In this document: piece by piece, positions 9,925-18,741 of the stretch
Layout: each line of letters starts with the position of its first letter
Position numbering within the stretch: the stretch's first letter is position 1
The notes under the pieces: model-generated
Seen by the model: the letters and a program-made list of their open reading frames with translations, nothing else
What the model was told of the DNA's origin: nothing
The model's database searches: none
Position numbers and translations under genes: made by a program
Source of the DNA: a virus
Lineage: Duplodnaviria; Caudoviricetes
DNA length: 64,000 nt
Strand: one strand, 5' to 3'
IMG/VR virus record: IMGVR_UViG_3300028591_005215
Location: 160,001-224,000 of that record

Positions 9925-11508
9925 ATGGGTTTAAAAAAGCAAAAAATACATTCTGCTGAAACTAGAAGTGTGCAATATAAAAATGATATGAAAGTAGCGT
10001 TATGCTGTATAGGAAGATTAGAAAACAGATATATTAAAGAATATGTTGATTTCTATCTAGACATCGGAGTAGATAAAATATTTTTATATGATAATAACTA
10101 TGATGGAGAAGAATATTTTGAAGATGTAATTAATGAATACATTTCAAATGGTTCTGTAGAAGTAGTCAATTTTAGGAATCAATCTTATTGCCAGTTGAAG
10201 GCTTATCAAGATTGTTATGATAAACATAGTTCTGAATATGATTGGTTTTGTTTTTTTGATATTGACGAATTTATTGCATTTCAAAATGTCAAAACAATAA
10301 AAGAATGGCTATCGTTGCCAATATACAGTGATTATGATATGATTCATATTAATTTTTTAACTTTTAATGATAGTAATCTAATTAAATATGAAAACAAACC
10401 AGTATTAGAAAGATTCACTAATGTGGTTAAGCCGTTGAATTTTTCTAAAAGAAATGGCATCATAGAAAATAATCATATTAAATCTGTTATAAAGGGAAAC
10501 ATTCATGTTGAGTGGAAAGAAACACCACACACACCTTCTAACGAAATAAACTGCTGTGATGGTAATGGGAAGAAATGTGATTCTAGAAAACCATTTGTTC
10601 CTTTTATTTATTCAAATGTTTTGTTAAGGCATTTTCCAACTAAAACGATTGAAGAATACCGAGATATTAAGGTTAAAAGAGGGTATCCTGATGGCAATAA
10701 AAATTTTTTTAAAGAGAATGATTGGGTTAATGAATTTTTTTTATATAATGAAAGGACAAAAGAAAAGATGGATTTTTTAGGCACTAAAGAAAAAAATGAT
10801 ACTGACATATTTATATGCACTCATAAAGATTTTAACAATATACTTAAAAACAAAGCATATAAAGTGATTAACTCAAACGATATTAATGGCGACATTGCCG
10901 ATAACGGGTTAAAGGGAAGCTTTTATTCAGAGATAATGAGTTATTTTCATATAAAAGACAATATTGAGTTGAAAAAATATGTTGGGGTATGTTCGTATAG
11001 GAAATACTTTGAGTTTATGGATGATATACCTAACATGGACGAGGTATTTAAGCAATGTGATGCTATTGCATGTGACCCAATTACATTCAATGGAACTGTT
11101 AGATGGCAGTATGCTTTATGTCATAATGTAGAAGATTTGGATATTGTTGAAGAGATAATTAGAAAAAAATTTCCAATGTATTTTGATTCATTTGAAAATG
11201 TTATGAATGCATCAATGATGTTTCCTTGTAATATGGTGATAATGAAAAAAGAAGATTTTGAAGAATACGTTGATTTTATAAGAAATGTATTGGATGAATA
11301 TATCAAATATGTTGGCATTGACATAGAGAAAAGAATAGAAAATAATAAAGAAAAATATCTTAAAAATTTTAGCCCTAATAACGAAGTTTGGTATCAATAC
11401 AGAATTGGGGGCTATTTGGCTGAAAGATTGACTAACGTTTTTTTACTTAAACATTTTAAAAAAATAAAAACATATAAGATGGTAATAACAGAACAAAAAT
11501 ATGAATAG
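9925..11508 (+). CDS. two-domain glycosyltransferase (GT2_4/GT92-like plus DUF4422-like)
   Basis: ENRYIKEYVDFY..GVDKIFLYDNN and DWFCFFDIDEF (DxD); C-half IFICTHK, YVGVCSYRKYF, FPCNMVIMKK, RIGGYLAERL; true start may be the Met at 9988. Confidence 0.8.
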   Translation: MGLKKQKIHSAETRSVQYKNDMKVALCCIGRLENRYIKEYVDFYLDIGVDKIFLYDNNYDGEEYFEDVINEYISNGSVEVVNFRNQSYCQLKAYQDCYDKHSSEYDWFCFFDIDEFIAFQNVKTIKEWLSLPIYSDYDMIHINFLTFNDSNLIKYENKPVLERFTNVVKPLNFSKRNGIIENNHIKSVIKGNIHVEWKETPHTPSNEINCCDGNGKKCDSRKPFVPFIYSNVLLRHFPTKTIEEYRDIKVKRGYPDGNKNFFKENDWVNEFFLYNERTKEKMDFLGTKEKNDTDIFICTHKDFNNILKNKAYKVINSNDINGDIADNGLKGSFYSEIMSYFHIKDNIELKKYVGVCSYRKYFEFMDDIPNMDEVFKQCDAIACDPITFNGTVRWQYALCHNVEDLDIVEEIIRKKFPMYFDSFENVMNASMMFPCNMVIMKKEDFEEYVDFIRNVLDEYIKYVGIDIEKRIENNKEKYLKNFSPNNEVWYQYRIGGYLAERLTNVFLLKHFKKIKTYKMVITEQKYE

Positions 11509-11959
11509 ATTAATTAGGCTTACTGAACAAGATATTCATGATATAATAATTGAATGCGCAAATAGAATATTAAACGAACAAAGCTCTGTAGAAATTTATT
11601 ATCATGGTGGAAATTTAAAGGAAAATGGTTTTATATGGTTAACACCGCAAGACTATTATGCTAAAGAATATGCTAAAGAAATGGCGAACCCTGCAATATA
11701 TGAATTTAAAATTGATGAAAGTAAAATAAAGCCAATATCAATATTTGATATTGAAAGTATTGTAGGTGCTAATTTTGACCCATATGACCCATCTGAAGAA
11801 GAAATACAATTAGTGGTTAGTGAAGGATATAATGCATATTATTTGGACTATGATTCTTTTAATGCAGAAGGTCTTTGCCTTCTATCAAAAGAGCCGATAG
11901 TTTCAGTAAGGCGATTGACAGAAAAAGAATATAATATGATTGAAGATTGGATTGAATAA
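11501..11959 (+). CDS. putative ADP-ribosyltransferase-fold protein with N-terminal RLTE tag
   Basis: MNRLIRLTEQDIHDIIIECANRILNE, then YYHG..GFIWLT..YAKEYA..IYEFKI..EGYNAY..AEGLCLL. Confidence 0.55.
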   Translation: MNRLIRLTEQDIHDIIIECANRILNEQSSVEIYYHGGNLKENGFIWLTPQDYYAKEYAKEMANPAIYEFKIDESKIKPISIFDIESIVGANFDPYDPSEEEIQLVVSEGYNAYYLDYDSFNAEGLCLLSKEPIVSVRRLTEKEYNMIEDWIE

Positions 11960-11975
11960 AAAAAACAAATAAAGT

Positions 11976-12007
11976 AAAAGGTAAGAGTTTTTCTCTTACC
12001 TTTTTTT
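11976..12007 (+). terminator. intrinsic terminator
   Basis: AAAAGGTAAGAG-TTTTT-CTCTTACCTTTTTTT. Confidence 0.85.
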
Positions 12008-12038
12008 GTTATTTAATATTTATAGTTAAAAAATTAAT

Positions 12039-15000
12039 ATGTCTGACGAAATAAAAAAACAACAGGTAGTTCAATTTCTGAGAAACAATATCCAAAACAA
12101 TAATATACAACCAAATAGGCAAAGTGCAATTGAACTTATTGATAAAATCAGTAATAATCTTGACACTTTAGGGGCAAAAGATGGTGAGCCTGTTATTGTA
12201 AGATATTTAGATGATAACAACGAAATAATTACTTATATGGCAGTAGTTGCAGAACGTAATGGCAAGTTAGTATTATCACATGTAACTAATGATATTGACA
12301 TGAATACAATTATTCAAATAACTGAAAGTTCTATTACAAGTTCTGTTAGTGCTTTATCTGGTGACTTATCATCTATGATTGAACAAACAGCATCATCAAT
12401 TACATCTACAGTAGATGATAAAATTAATGATACAATGTCAGTTGTTAAGCAAACTGCTTCATCAATAACACAATCAGTTATTGATAGCACTAATTTTTCA
12501 ACACAAGAGCAAACGTCTGAGTTAATAAAACAAGAAATTGGCAATGTTTTAAAATCAGTTAAAACTTATTATAAACTAAGTTCAAGTAAGCCTTCAGAAG
12601 TTAATAAAAAAGATGACCCAATAAAATTTGGATGGAGTGAAACTTATATTTTAAAAAGTAGTAAAGAAGATTCACTATATAGTTTCACAAGATATACATA
12701 TGGTGATGGGAGCGTGATACAAACTGAAATATCTGAAACTGCTGCACCTGAAGATGGGGCAACTTACTACACATGGATTCGTTATTCGGAAAGTGGCGCT
12801 ACAAGTACAAGAACTTTTAATGACCCTGTTTACAATGGTAAAGTATTACCATATATAGGTTTTTCGTATAATAATACAGATGAGAACGAAAGTGATGATG
12901 TGTCTGCTTATACGTGGTCACTAATTAAAGGTGAGGATGGCGTACCTGGAGAACCTGGTAAAAATGGTAAAACACTCTACACTTGGATAGCTTATGCAGA
13001 TGAGTTAATTCAAGGAAAAGACTACCCTGAAACAGCTTATCAGCAGCCAAATGAAGATACTAAATACATAGGAATCTGTCCTAACCAAGAGACTGCCACT
13101 GAAGGTTCTGATTGGGAAAAATATACTTGGTCAAGATTCAGGGGTTCTGATGGAATTGCTACTACTTACTACACATGGATTCGTTATTCGGAAAGTGGCG
13201 CTACAAGTACAAGGACTTTTAACGACCCTGTATTTGAAGGAAAAGTGCTGCCTTATATTGGGTTTTCATATAACAATATAGATAAAAATGAAAGTGATGA
13301 AGTATCTGCTTATACGTGGTCACTAATTAAAGGTGAGGATGGTGTACCTGGAGAACCTGGTAAAAATGGTAAAACACTCTACACTTGGATAGCTTATGCT
13401 GACGAGTTAATTGAAGGGAAAGATTACCCATCGTCAGCATATCAACAACCAACAGAAGATACTAAATATATAGGAATATGCCCTAATCAAGAAACACCAA
13501 CTGAGGGAACTGATTGGGAAAAATATACTTGGTCAAGATTCAGGGGTGCTGATGGTGTTGGCTCTACTCTTTATACATGGATTCGTTATTCAGAAAGTGG
13601 CGCTACAAGTACAAGAACTTTTAATGACCCTGTCTATAACGGTAAAGTATTACCATATATAGGTTTTGCATACAACAAAGAAAGTAAGGCTGAAAGTGAA
13701 AATGTTTCGGATTATACTTGGTCTTTAATTAAAGGAGAAAAAGGTGTATCTGGTGATTCATTTTACACGTGGATAGCTTACGCTGATGAATTAATTGATG
13801 GGAAAGATTATCCTGCCATTGCGTATCAGCAGCCAAATAAAGATACTAAGTACATAGGAATATGTCCTAATCAAGAGATTGAAGAAGAAGATTACGATTG
13901 GAAAAAATATACTTGGTCTAAATTTAGAGGTGATGATGGCGTTTCAATAAAAAGCTACACATGGATTCGTTATTCGGAAAGTGGCGCTACAAGTACAAGA
14001 ACTTTTAATGACCCTGTGTTTGAAGGAAAAGTGCTACCTTATATCGGTTTCGCTTATAATAAAGAGAGCGAGATAGAAAGTGAAAATGTTTCAGATTATA
14101 CTTGGTCTTTAATTAAAGGTGAAGATGGTGCACCTGGAGAACCTGGTAAAAATGGCAAAACGCTCTACACGTGGATAGCTTATGCTGATGAACTTAATGA
14201 AACAGATTCTTCTGGCAAAAAATACCCATCATCGGCTTATCAGCAACCAACAGATAAAACAGTGTACATCGGTATACGTCCTAATCAAGAAACGCCAACT
14301 GAGGGAACTGATTGGGAAAAATATACTTGGTCTAGATTCAGAGGTACTGATGGGGTTAGTACAACTTATTATACGTGGGTTCGTTATTCGGAAAGTGGCG
14401 CTACAAGTACGAGGACTTTTAATGACCCTGTTTATAATGGGGAAGTTTTGCCTTATATTGGGTTTGCGTATAATAAAGAAACTGAAAAAGAAAGTGACGA
14501 AGTATCTGCCTACACATGGTCACTAATTAAAGGCAAAGATGGCGTACCTGGAGAACCTGGTAAAAATGGTAAAACACTTTATACTTGGATAGCTTATGCA
14601 GATGTGCTTAACAAAACAGATGCTTCTGGCAAAAAATATCCGTCATCAGCCTATCAACAACCAACAGAAGATACTAAATACATAGGCATATGCCCTAACC
14701 AAGAGACTGCCACTGAAGGGTCTAACTGGGAAAATTACTCATGGTCACGATTCAGAGGTGCTGATGGCGTTGGCACTACCTATTATACGTGGGTTAAATA
14801 TGCTAATGAACTTGATAGTGAAGGGTATGGCGTTAATATAAGTGATGCTAATAAGAATGATGATGGTACATATAAAAAATATATAGGTACTGGTTACAAT
14901 AAAACAAAAGCTGAGAGCGACCCAACATCAACATCTACAGACCCTAAAGAATACACGTGGTCTCCTTATGCGCCAAATGATTCGAATAAGTATGTTATTG

Positions 15001-16937
15001 TACCTAAAGATGCTAATGGACTAAAAGCTATTATTAAAGCTGATGACAATATACATGTAAATATTAATTGCTATGCTGCCAAAGTAGATGCTGAAGGTGT
15101 GCCTGTTACTGTGACTGACGGAAGCATTGTAATGTATTATTGTGATAATATTAACGCAAACTTTAGAGAAATAAAAGTAAATTCTAATAACTTATTTACT
15201 TACACGAATGAAAAATACCAAGAAGGCGTTCATAATTTAGCTGATAATGAAGAGGTTAAAAGTATTATGGTGTCAATTTTTTTGAAAAATAAAGGTACGA
15301 TTTCACAAGATTTCGCACTTGATACAAAGACTATTAATCCTTCTTATACTTCTAATTTTTTAAGAACTGAAACATCATCTGCTGTTACGCAGTCATTAAT
15401 TAATGAATTTGGCGATTTAAGTACATTTAAACAAACAGCTTCAGGATGGACATCTATAGTGCAAAATTTAAGCGGAGACGTATCTACTGTTAAGCAAACA
15501 GCTTCAAGCTTATCTTCCACTGTTCAAAATTTAAGTGGTGATGTATCTACTGTAAAACAGACAAGTTCAGCATTATCTTCTACCGTACAAAATTTAAGTG
15601 GTAATATGTCTTCTATGGAACAGACAGTAAGTGGTATCAATGTAACTGTCGGTAATATTGGACAAAATCAAGAAGTAATGTCGGCTAAGTTTACTGAATT
15701 GGGTGAAAAAATAACAAATGGCGGACTAACTGCTGACACAGTTAATACTAACCCATATAACGATAATGGACCAAGAATTGTGATGGAAGGTGGTGAAATT
15801 GGTATATATCGTGCAGCATCTGCTGCGACACCAAACATACAATTTGGCTATAAAAACACAGACGTTAGTGGCAACCCTTTAAATATGATGGTTCTTTCAT
15901 TTTACGATAATGATGGTAATTTGCTATATGATTTAGGTCCTGGTGGAATTATGTGGGTTCCTGGTGGGGAAAATCAAGAAGAACACTTTACTGATGATGA
16001 GCATAAAATTATGAGGAAATTATTCCAAGGTGGTAGTTTTGATAGTAGGTCTAATTTACTTATGTTAGCTTATGCTGAATATAAACATTTAATAAGTTTG
16101 TCATCATTACCTACTGGTACTAATTTAGGTGAATATGAATATGCTAAAAAATATTATGCTAAAAAAGTGAAAGGTGAATATGTTGATGGTGAATACTCAT
16201 TTGTTGATTCTGACCCATATGCTAATTTAATGGACGGTAAATATGTATGTAAGGTGGACATTGAAAATGATAAAGATTCATCGTTTGCCAATGCAGAAAG
16301 CTATTATGAAACGAGGGAATATATTAATAATACGTCAAATATTTTTGTGATAGCGAATAAAATTAGTGATTTGGAAAACAGTGTTTTTGAAAATTCACTT
16401 GGTGGAGGTACAAAAGGTGATTATTATATACCTTTATTAAAATCAGAAGATAATGTAAAAGGAAAATATACTACAGATAGTCCGTATTATGAATTATGGA
16501 AAATATTTAATAAAGGGGATTATAGTGTTGACAATGGTGATTGGTTCTACCGTAAAGACTTTTTTGTAATGAACACATCGCCTACAACATTCTATCTTGA
16601 TATATCAAAGAAAAATGGGGTAACAAACGTTGGAACTAAATATACGTTTACGTCTGAAAAATGCCCTATTGAATATAAAAATAATACGGAAAATATATTG
16701 AACATTGCTTCTGATAGTATTGGGTATTTATATGACCCTATAATATGCTTTACATATAAAGACATCTTATATGACAATAATACAGAAATAGTTGAAACTT
16801 ATTATGAATTTCATAACTTATCAAGAGTGTATCAAAAATTTGTTGATGGAAACTATAATGAACGTATAGATGATAATAATACACTTTATTCAGACAAGCA
16901 AGCTACTTTTACTGGAGATATAATATACTATGCCTAA
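12039..16937 (+). CDS. tail fibre / receptor-binding protein with collagen-like and YTWIAYAD repeats
   Basis: 5 tandem ~134-aa units with GxxGxPGxPGKNG; 21-aa VSTVKQTASSLSSTVQNLSGD coiled repeats; divergent C-terminus. Confidence 0.75.
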   Translation: MSDEIKKQQVVQFLRNNIQNNNIQPNRQSAIELIDKISNNLDTLGAKDGEPVIVRYLDDNNEIITYMAVVAERNGKLVLSHVTNDIDMNTIIQITESSITSSVSALSGDLSSMIEQTASSITSTVDDKINDTMSVVKQTASSITQSVIDSTNFSTQEQTSELIKQEIGNVLKSVKTYYKLSSSKPSEVNKKDDPIKFGWSETYILKSSKEDSLYSFTRYTYGDGSVIQTEISETAAPEDGATYYTWIRYSESGATSTRTFNDPVYNGKVLPYIGFSYNNTDENESDDVSAYTWSLIKGEDGVPGEPGKNGKTLYTWIAYADELIQGKDYPETAYQQPNEDTKYIGICPNQETATEGSDWEKYTWSRFRGSDGIATTYYTWIRYSESGATSTRTFNDPVFEGKVLPYIGFSYNNIDKNESDEVSAYTWSLIKGEDGVPGEPGKNGKTLYTWIAYADELIEGKDYPSSAYQQPTEDTKYIGICPNQETPTEGTDWEKYTWSRFRGADGVGSTLYTWIRYSESGATSTRTFNDPVYNGKVLPYIGFAYNKESKAESENVSDYTWSLIKGEKGVSGDSFYTWIAYADELIDGKDYPAIAYQQPNKDTKYIGICPNQEIEEEDYDWKKYTWSKFRGDDGVSIKSYTWIRYSESGATSTRTFNDPVFEGKVLPYIGFAYNKESEIESENVSDYTWSLIKGEDGAPGEPGKNGKTLYTWIAYADELNETDSSGKKYPSSAYQQPTDKTVYIGIRPNQETPTEGTDWEKYTWSRFRGTDGVSTTYYTWVRYSESGATSTRTFNDPVYNGEVLPYIGFAYNKETEKESDEVSAYTWSLIKGKDGVPGEPGKNGKTLYTWIAYADVLNKTDASGKKYPSSAYQQPTEDTKYIGICPNQETATEGSNWENYSWSRFRGADGVGTTYYTWVKYANELDSEGYGVNISDANKNDDGTYKKYIGTGYNKTKAESDPTSTSTDPKEYTWSPYAPNDSNKYVIVPKDANGLKAIIKADDNIHVNINCYAAKVDAEGVPVTVTDGSIVMYYCDNINANFREIKVNSNNLFTYTNEKYQEGVHNLADNEEVKSIMVSIFLKNKGTISQDFALDTKTINPSYTSNFLRTETSSAVTQSLINEFGDLSTFKQTASGWTSIVQNLSGDVSTVKQTASSLSSTVQNLSGDVSTVKQTSSALSSTVQNLSGNMSSMEQTVSGINVTVGNIGQNQEVMSAKFTELGEKITNGGLTADTVNTNPYNDNGPRIVMEGGEIGIYRAASAATPNIQFGYKNTDVSGNPLNMMVLSFYDNDGNLLYDLGPGGIMWVPGGENQEEHFTDDEHKIMRKLFQGGSFDSRSNLLMLAYAEYKHLISLSSLPTGTNLGEYEYAKKYYAKKVKGEYVDGEYSFVDSDPYANLMDGKYVCKVDIENDKDSSFANAESYYETREYINNTSNIFVIANKISDLENSVFENSLGGGTKGDYYIPLLKSEDNVKGKYTTDSPYYELWKIFNKGDYSVDNGDWFYRKDFFVMNTSPTTFYLDISKKNGVTNVGTKYTFTSEKCPIEYKNNTENILNIASDSIGYLYDPIICFTYKDILYDNNTEIVETYYEFHNLSRVYQKFVDGNYNERIDDNNTLYSDKQATFTGDIIYYA
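12765..14790 (+). repeat. five in-frame tandem repeats of ~400 bp inside the tail fibre gene
   Basis: TGG(A/G)TTCGTTATTC(G/A)GAAAGTGGCGCTACAAGTAC at 12774, 13176, 13578, 13962 and 14376 (periods 402, 402, 384, 414). Confidence 0.95.
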
Positions 16938-16948
16938 TAAATAAAATT

Positions 16949-16981
16949 AAATCAAGCATTGAAATAATGCTTGATTTTTTT
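16949..16981 (+). terminator. intrinsic terminator
   Basis: AAATCAAGCATT-GAAAT-AATGCTTGATTTTTTT. Confidence 0.8.
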
Positions 16982-16994
16982 ATTTTTTATTAAA

Positions 16995-17102
16995 ATGCTG
17001 GAATTAGCAACTATTGATGAAAGCGATAGTGATTTAACTATGGTCCAGCATAAGACATCAAATGATTATGAAAACATATCTTTTGGATATTTATCTTTAT
17101 GA
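16995..17102 (+). CDS. possible 35-aa small ORF not in the ORF track
   Basis: MLELATIDESDSDLTMVQHKTSNDYENISFGYLSL*; its TGA overlaps the next ATG (ATGA). Confidence 0.3.
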   Translation: MLELATIDESDSDLTMVQHKTSNDYENISFGYLSL

Positions 17103-17644
17103 AACAAGCAATTAAAAAAAATAGGAAAATAGCCAATAAAACAATAGTCAAGAAGAAGAAAAAAATGCAAAGGGATGCTAAAGGTAAAGTAATACGTGAG
17201 CATCCTAAGTTTGGGACAAGTAAAGCAGAACAAAAATTTGCAACTGATTTTCTTGATAAATTAGGTGTTAAATATGTTTGGCAATTTGAAGCAAAGGAAA
17301 TAGGAAGATTTTATGACTTTTATTTACCAAATGATAATATTTTATTAGAATTTGACGGTTCTTATTATCATTCAGACCCAAGAATAGTTGATGAAACTAA
17401 AATGAACCCTATGCAGAAAAAAAATAGAAGGGTTGACGAATATAAAAATAAATGGGCATTACTACATGGTATACCTTTATATAGAATATGGGAAAAGGAT
17501 GTTAATGAAAGACCTGAATTAGTTATGCAACAGCTTAAAGAAGTTCTAAAGATTCAAAACGAAGCTAATACTATTAAGGAAAATAAGAATAAACGCCATA
17601 AAAACAAAATAAAAAATGATAGTGAGCGTAAAGGAAAAAAATGA
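17099..17644 (+). CDS. Vsr/DUF559-like PD-(D/E)XK endonuclease
   Basis: TSKAEQKF..LGVKYVWQF..RFYDFYLP..ILLEFDGSYYH..DEYKNKWA..GIPLYRIWE. Confidence 0.8.
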   Translation: MKQAIKKNRKIANKTIVKKKKKMQRDAKGKVIREHPKFGTSKAEQKFATDFLDKLGVKYVWQFEAKEIGRFYDFYLPNDNILLEFDGSYYHSDPRIVDETKMNPMQKKNRRVDEYKNKWALLHGIPLYRIWEKDVNERPELVMQQLKEVLKIQNEANTIKENKNKRHKNKIKNDSERKGKK

Positions 17645-18119
17645 TGAATTACAAAAAATCATCATGAGTAACATCATAAAAAATCAGTTTTGTTTGTTTA
17701 TAAAAAATAGACAAGTAGGATATACAACTGCTATTAGTAAAATTATTAATGATTTAATAATGTTAAGAAATTATACAGTAGGCATTGTATTACATTCACG
17801 TCATGCTACTATTGAAATGACAGATATGTTGTCAGATTCATGGAAAAATAATTTTATTATAATAAATTCACCTAAAGATTGTTTAGGCAGGAGATTTGAT
17901 TTTGTGTTTTTTGACGAACTTAATTTTATTAAAAATTATAAAGAAATATTCACTGCTTTAAATGTTTATTCACTAAATGAATGTAAAATAGTTTCAAGCA
18001 TTACTTTTGATGATGGAAATAAAATAACTTCACAAGATATTGATAACATATTAATTTATGGTGATGAAATTGGTAATGAATTAATAGAAAGTAATATAAA
18101 AATTGAGTATGAAAGTTAA
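17616..18119 (+). CDS. stand-alone minimal terminase-type ATPase domain protein
   Basis: Walker A-like IKNRQVGYTT, LGRRFDFVFFDELNFI (Walker B), KIVSS (motif III-like); only 167 aa, no nuclease domain. Confidence 0.6.
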   Translation: MIVSVKEKNDELQKIIMSNIIKNQFCLFIKNRQVGYTTAISKIINDLIMLRNYTVGIVLHSRHATIEMTDMLSDSWKNNFIIINSPKDCLGRRFDFVFFDELNFIKNYKEIFTALNVYSLNECKIVSSITFDDGNKITSQDIDNILIYGDEIGNELIESNIKIEYES

Positions 18120-18735
18120 ATTATACATGCCATTTTATGATTATAATGATGGCGATTTTGATACAGACGAAAATTTCTATAAAAATAATGCCGAATATTT
18201 CAATGCAATGCAAAAAAGTGTAGAGCAAACAAGCAGAGCAGTTGAAGCAGGTATGAATAATTATATGAATGGTGGCTCTGTAGGGGGTTATAAATCTTCT
18301 GACGGTCAGACTTATAGGCTTACCAATAAAGCGTCTGTAAGCGAAGATAAAGTGTCTTATGCTGAATGCGATGCAGTACTATATGGCGAAGATGGAAATG
18401 ATAGGAGTGTTGATGATTTCATCACTGATTATGTATCAAAAGATGTTCAGCTATATATATTAAAGTTAGATTTAGACACATCTGATGAAGATTTCGAACA
18501 AGAAATAAATTTGTGGGACATTGAACATAAAAAAATTCAAAATTATACCAAAATAAAGGGTGAAGATTGGGTTTTTGATAATGAACCAAAAAGAAATATT
18601 AAGTTAAAATTCACTAATAATGCTAATGAAGAAAAATTTGCAATTCTTGTTAATTGTAAAATAATGGAAAAACAAAATATGAATATTTATGTAATATTAG
18701 CAGAAGAAATTAATTTGATTGATAAAATACAATAA
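18103..18735 (+). CDS. hypothetical protein
   Basis: 210-aa ORF within an overlapping gene run. Confidence 0.7.
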   Translation: MSMKVKLYMPFYDYNDGDFDTDENFYKNNAEYFNAMQKSVEQTSRAVEAGMNNYMNGGSVGGYKSSDGQTYRLTNKASVSEDKVSYAECDAVLYGEDGNDRSVDDFITDYVSKDVQLYILKLDLDTSDEDFEQEINLWDIEHKKIQNYTKIKGEDWVFDNEPKRNIKLKFTNNANEEKFAILVNCKIMEKQNMNIYVILAEEINLIDKIQ

Positions 18736-18741
18736 TAAGTT

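Noticed and set aside
12765-14790. Tail-fibre repeats as a CRISPR array or DGR template/variable pair
   Set aside because: Units are ~400 bp, in frame and coding, with no unique spacers; no cas or reverse transcriptase gene in the window
17616-18119. Calling this the large terminase subunit
   Set aside because: Far too short, lacks the nuclease domain, and no intron or intein signature links it to another exon
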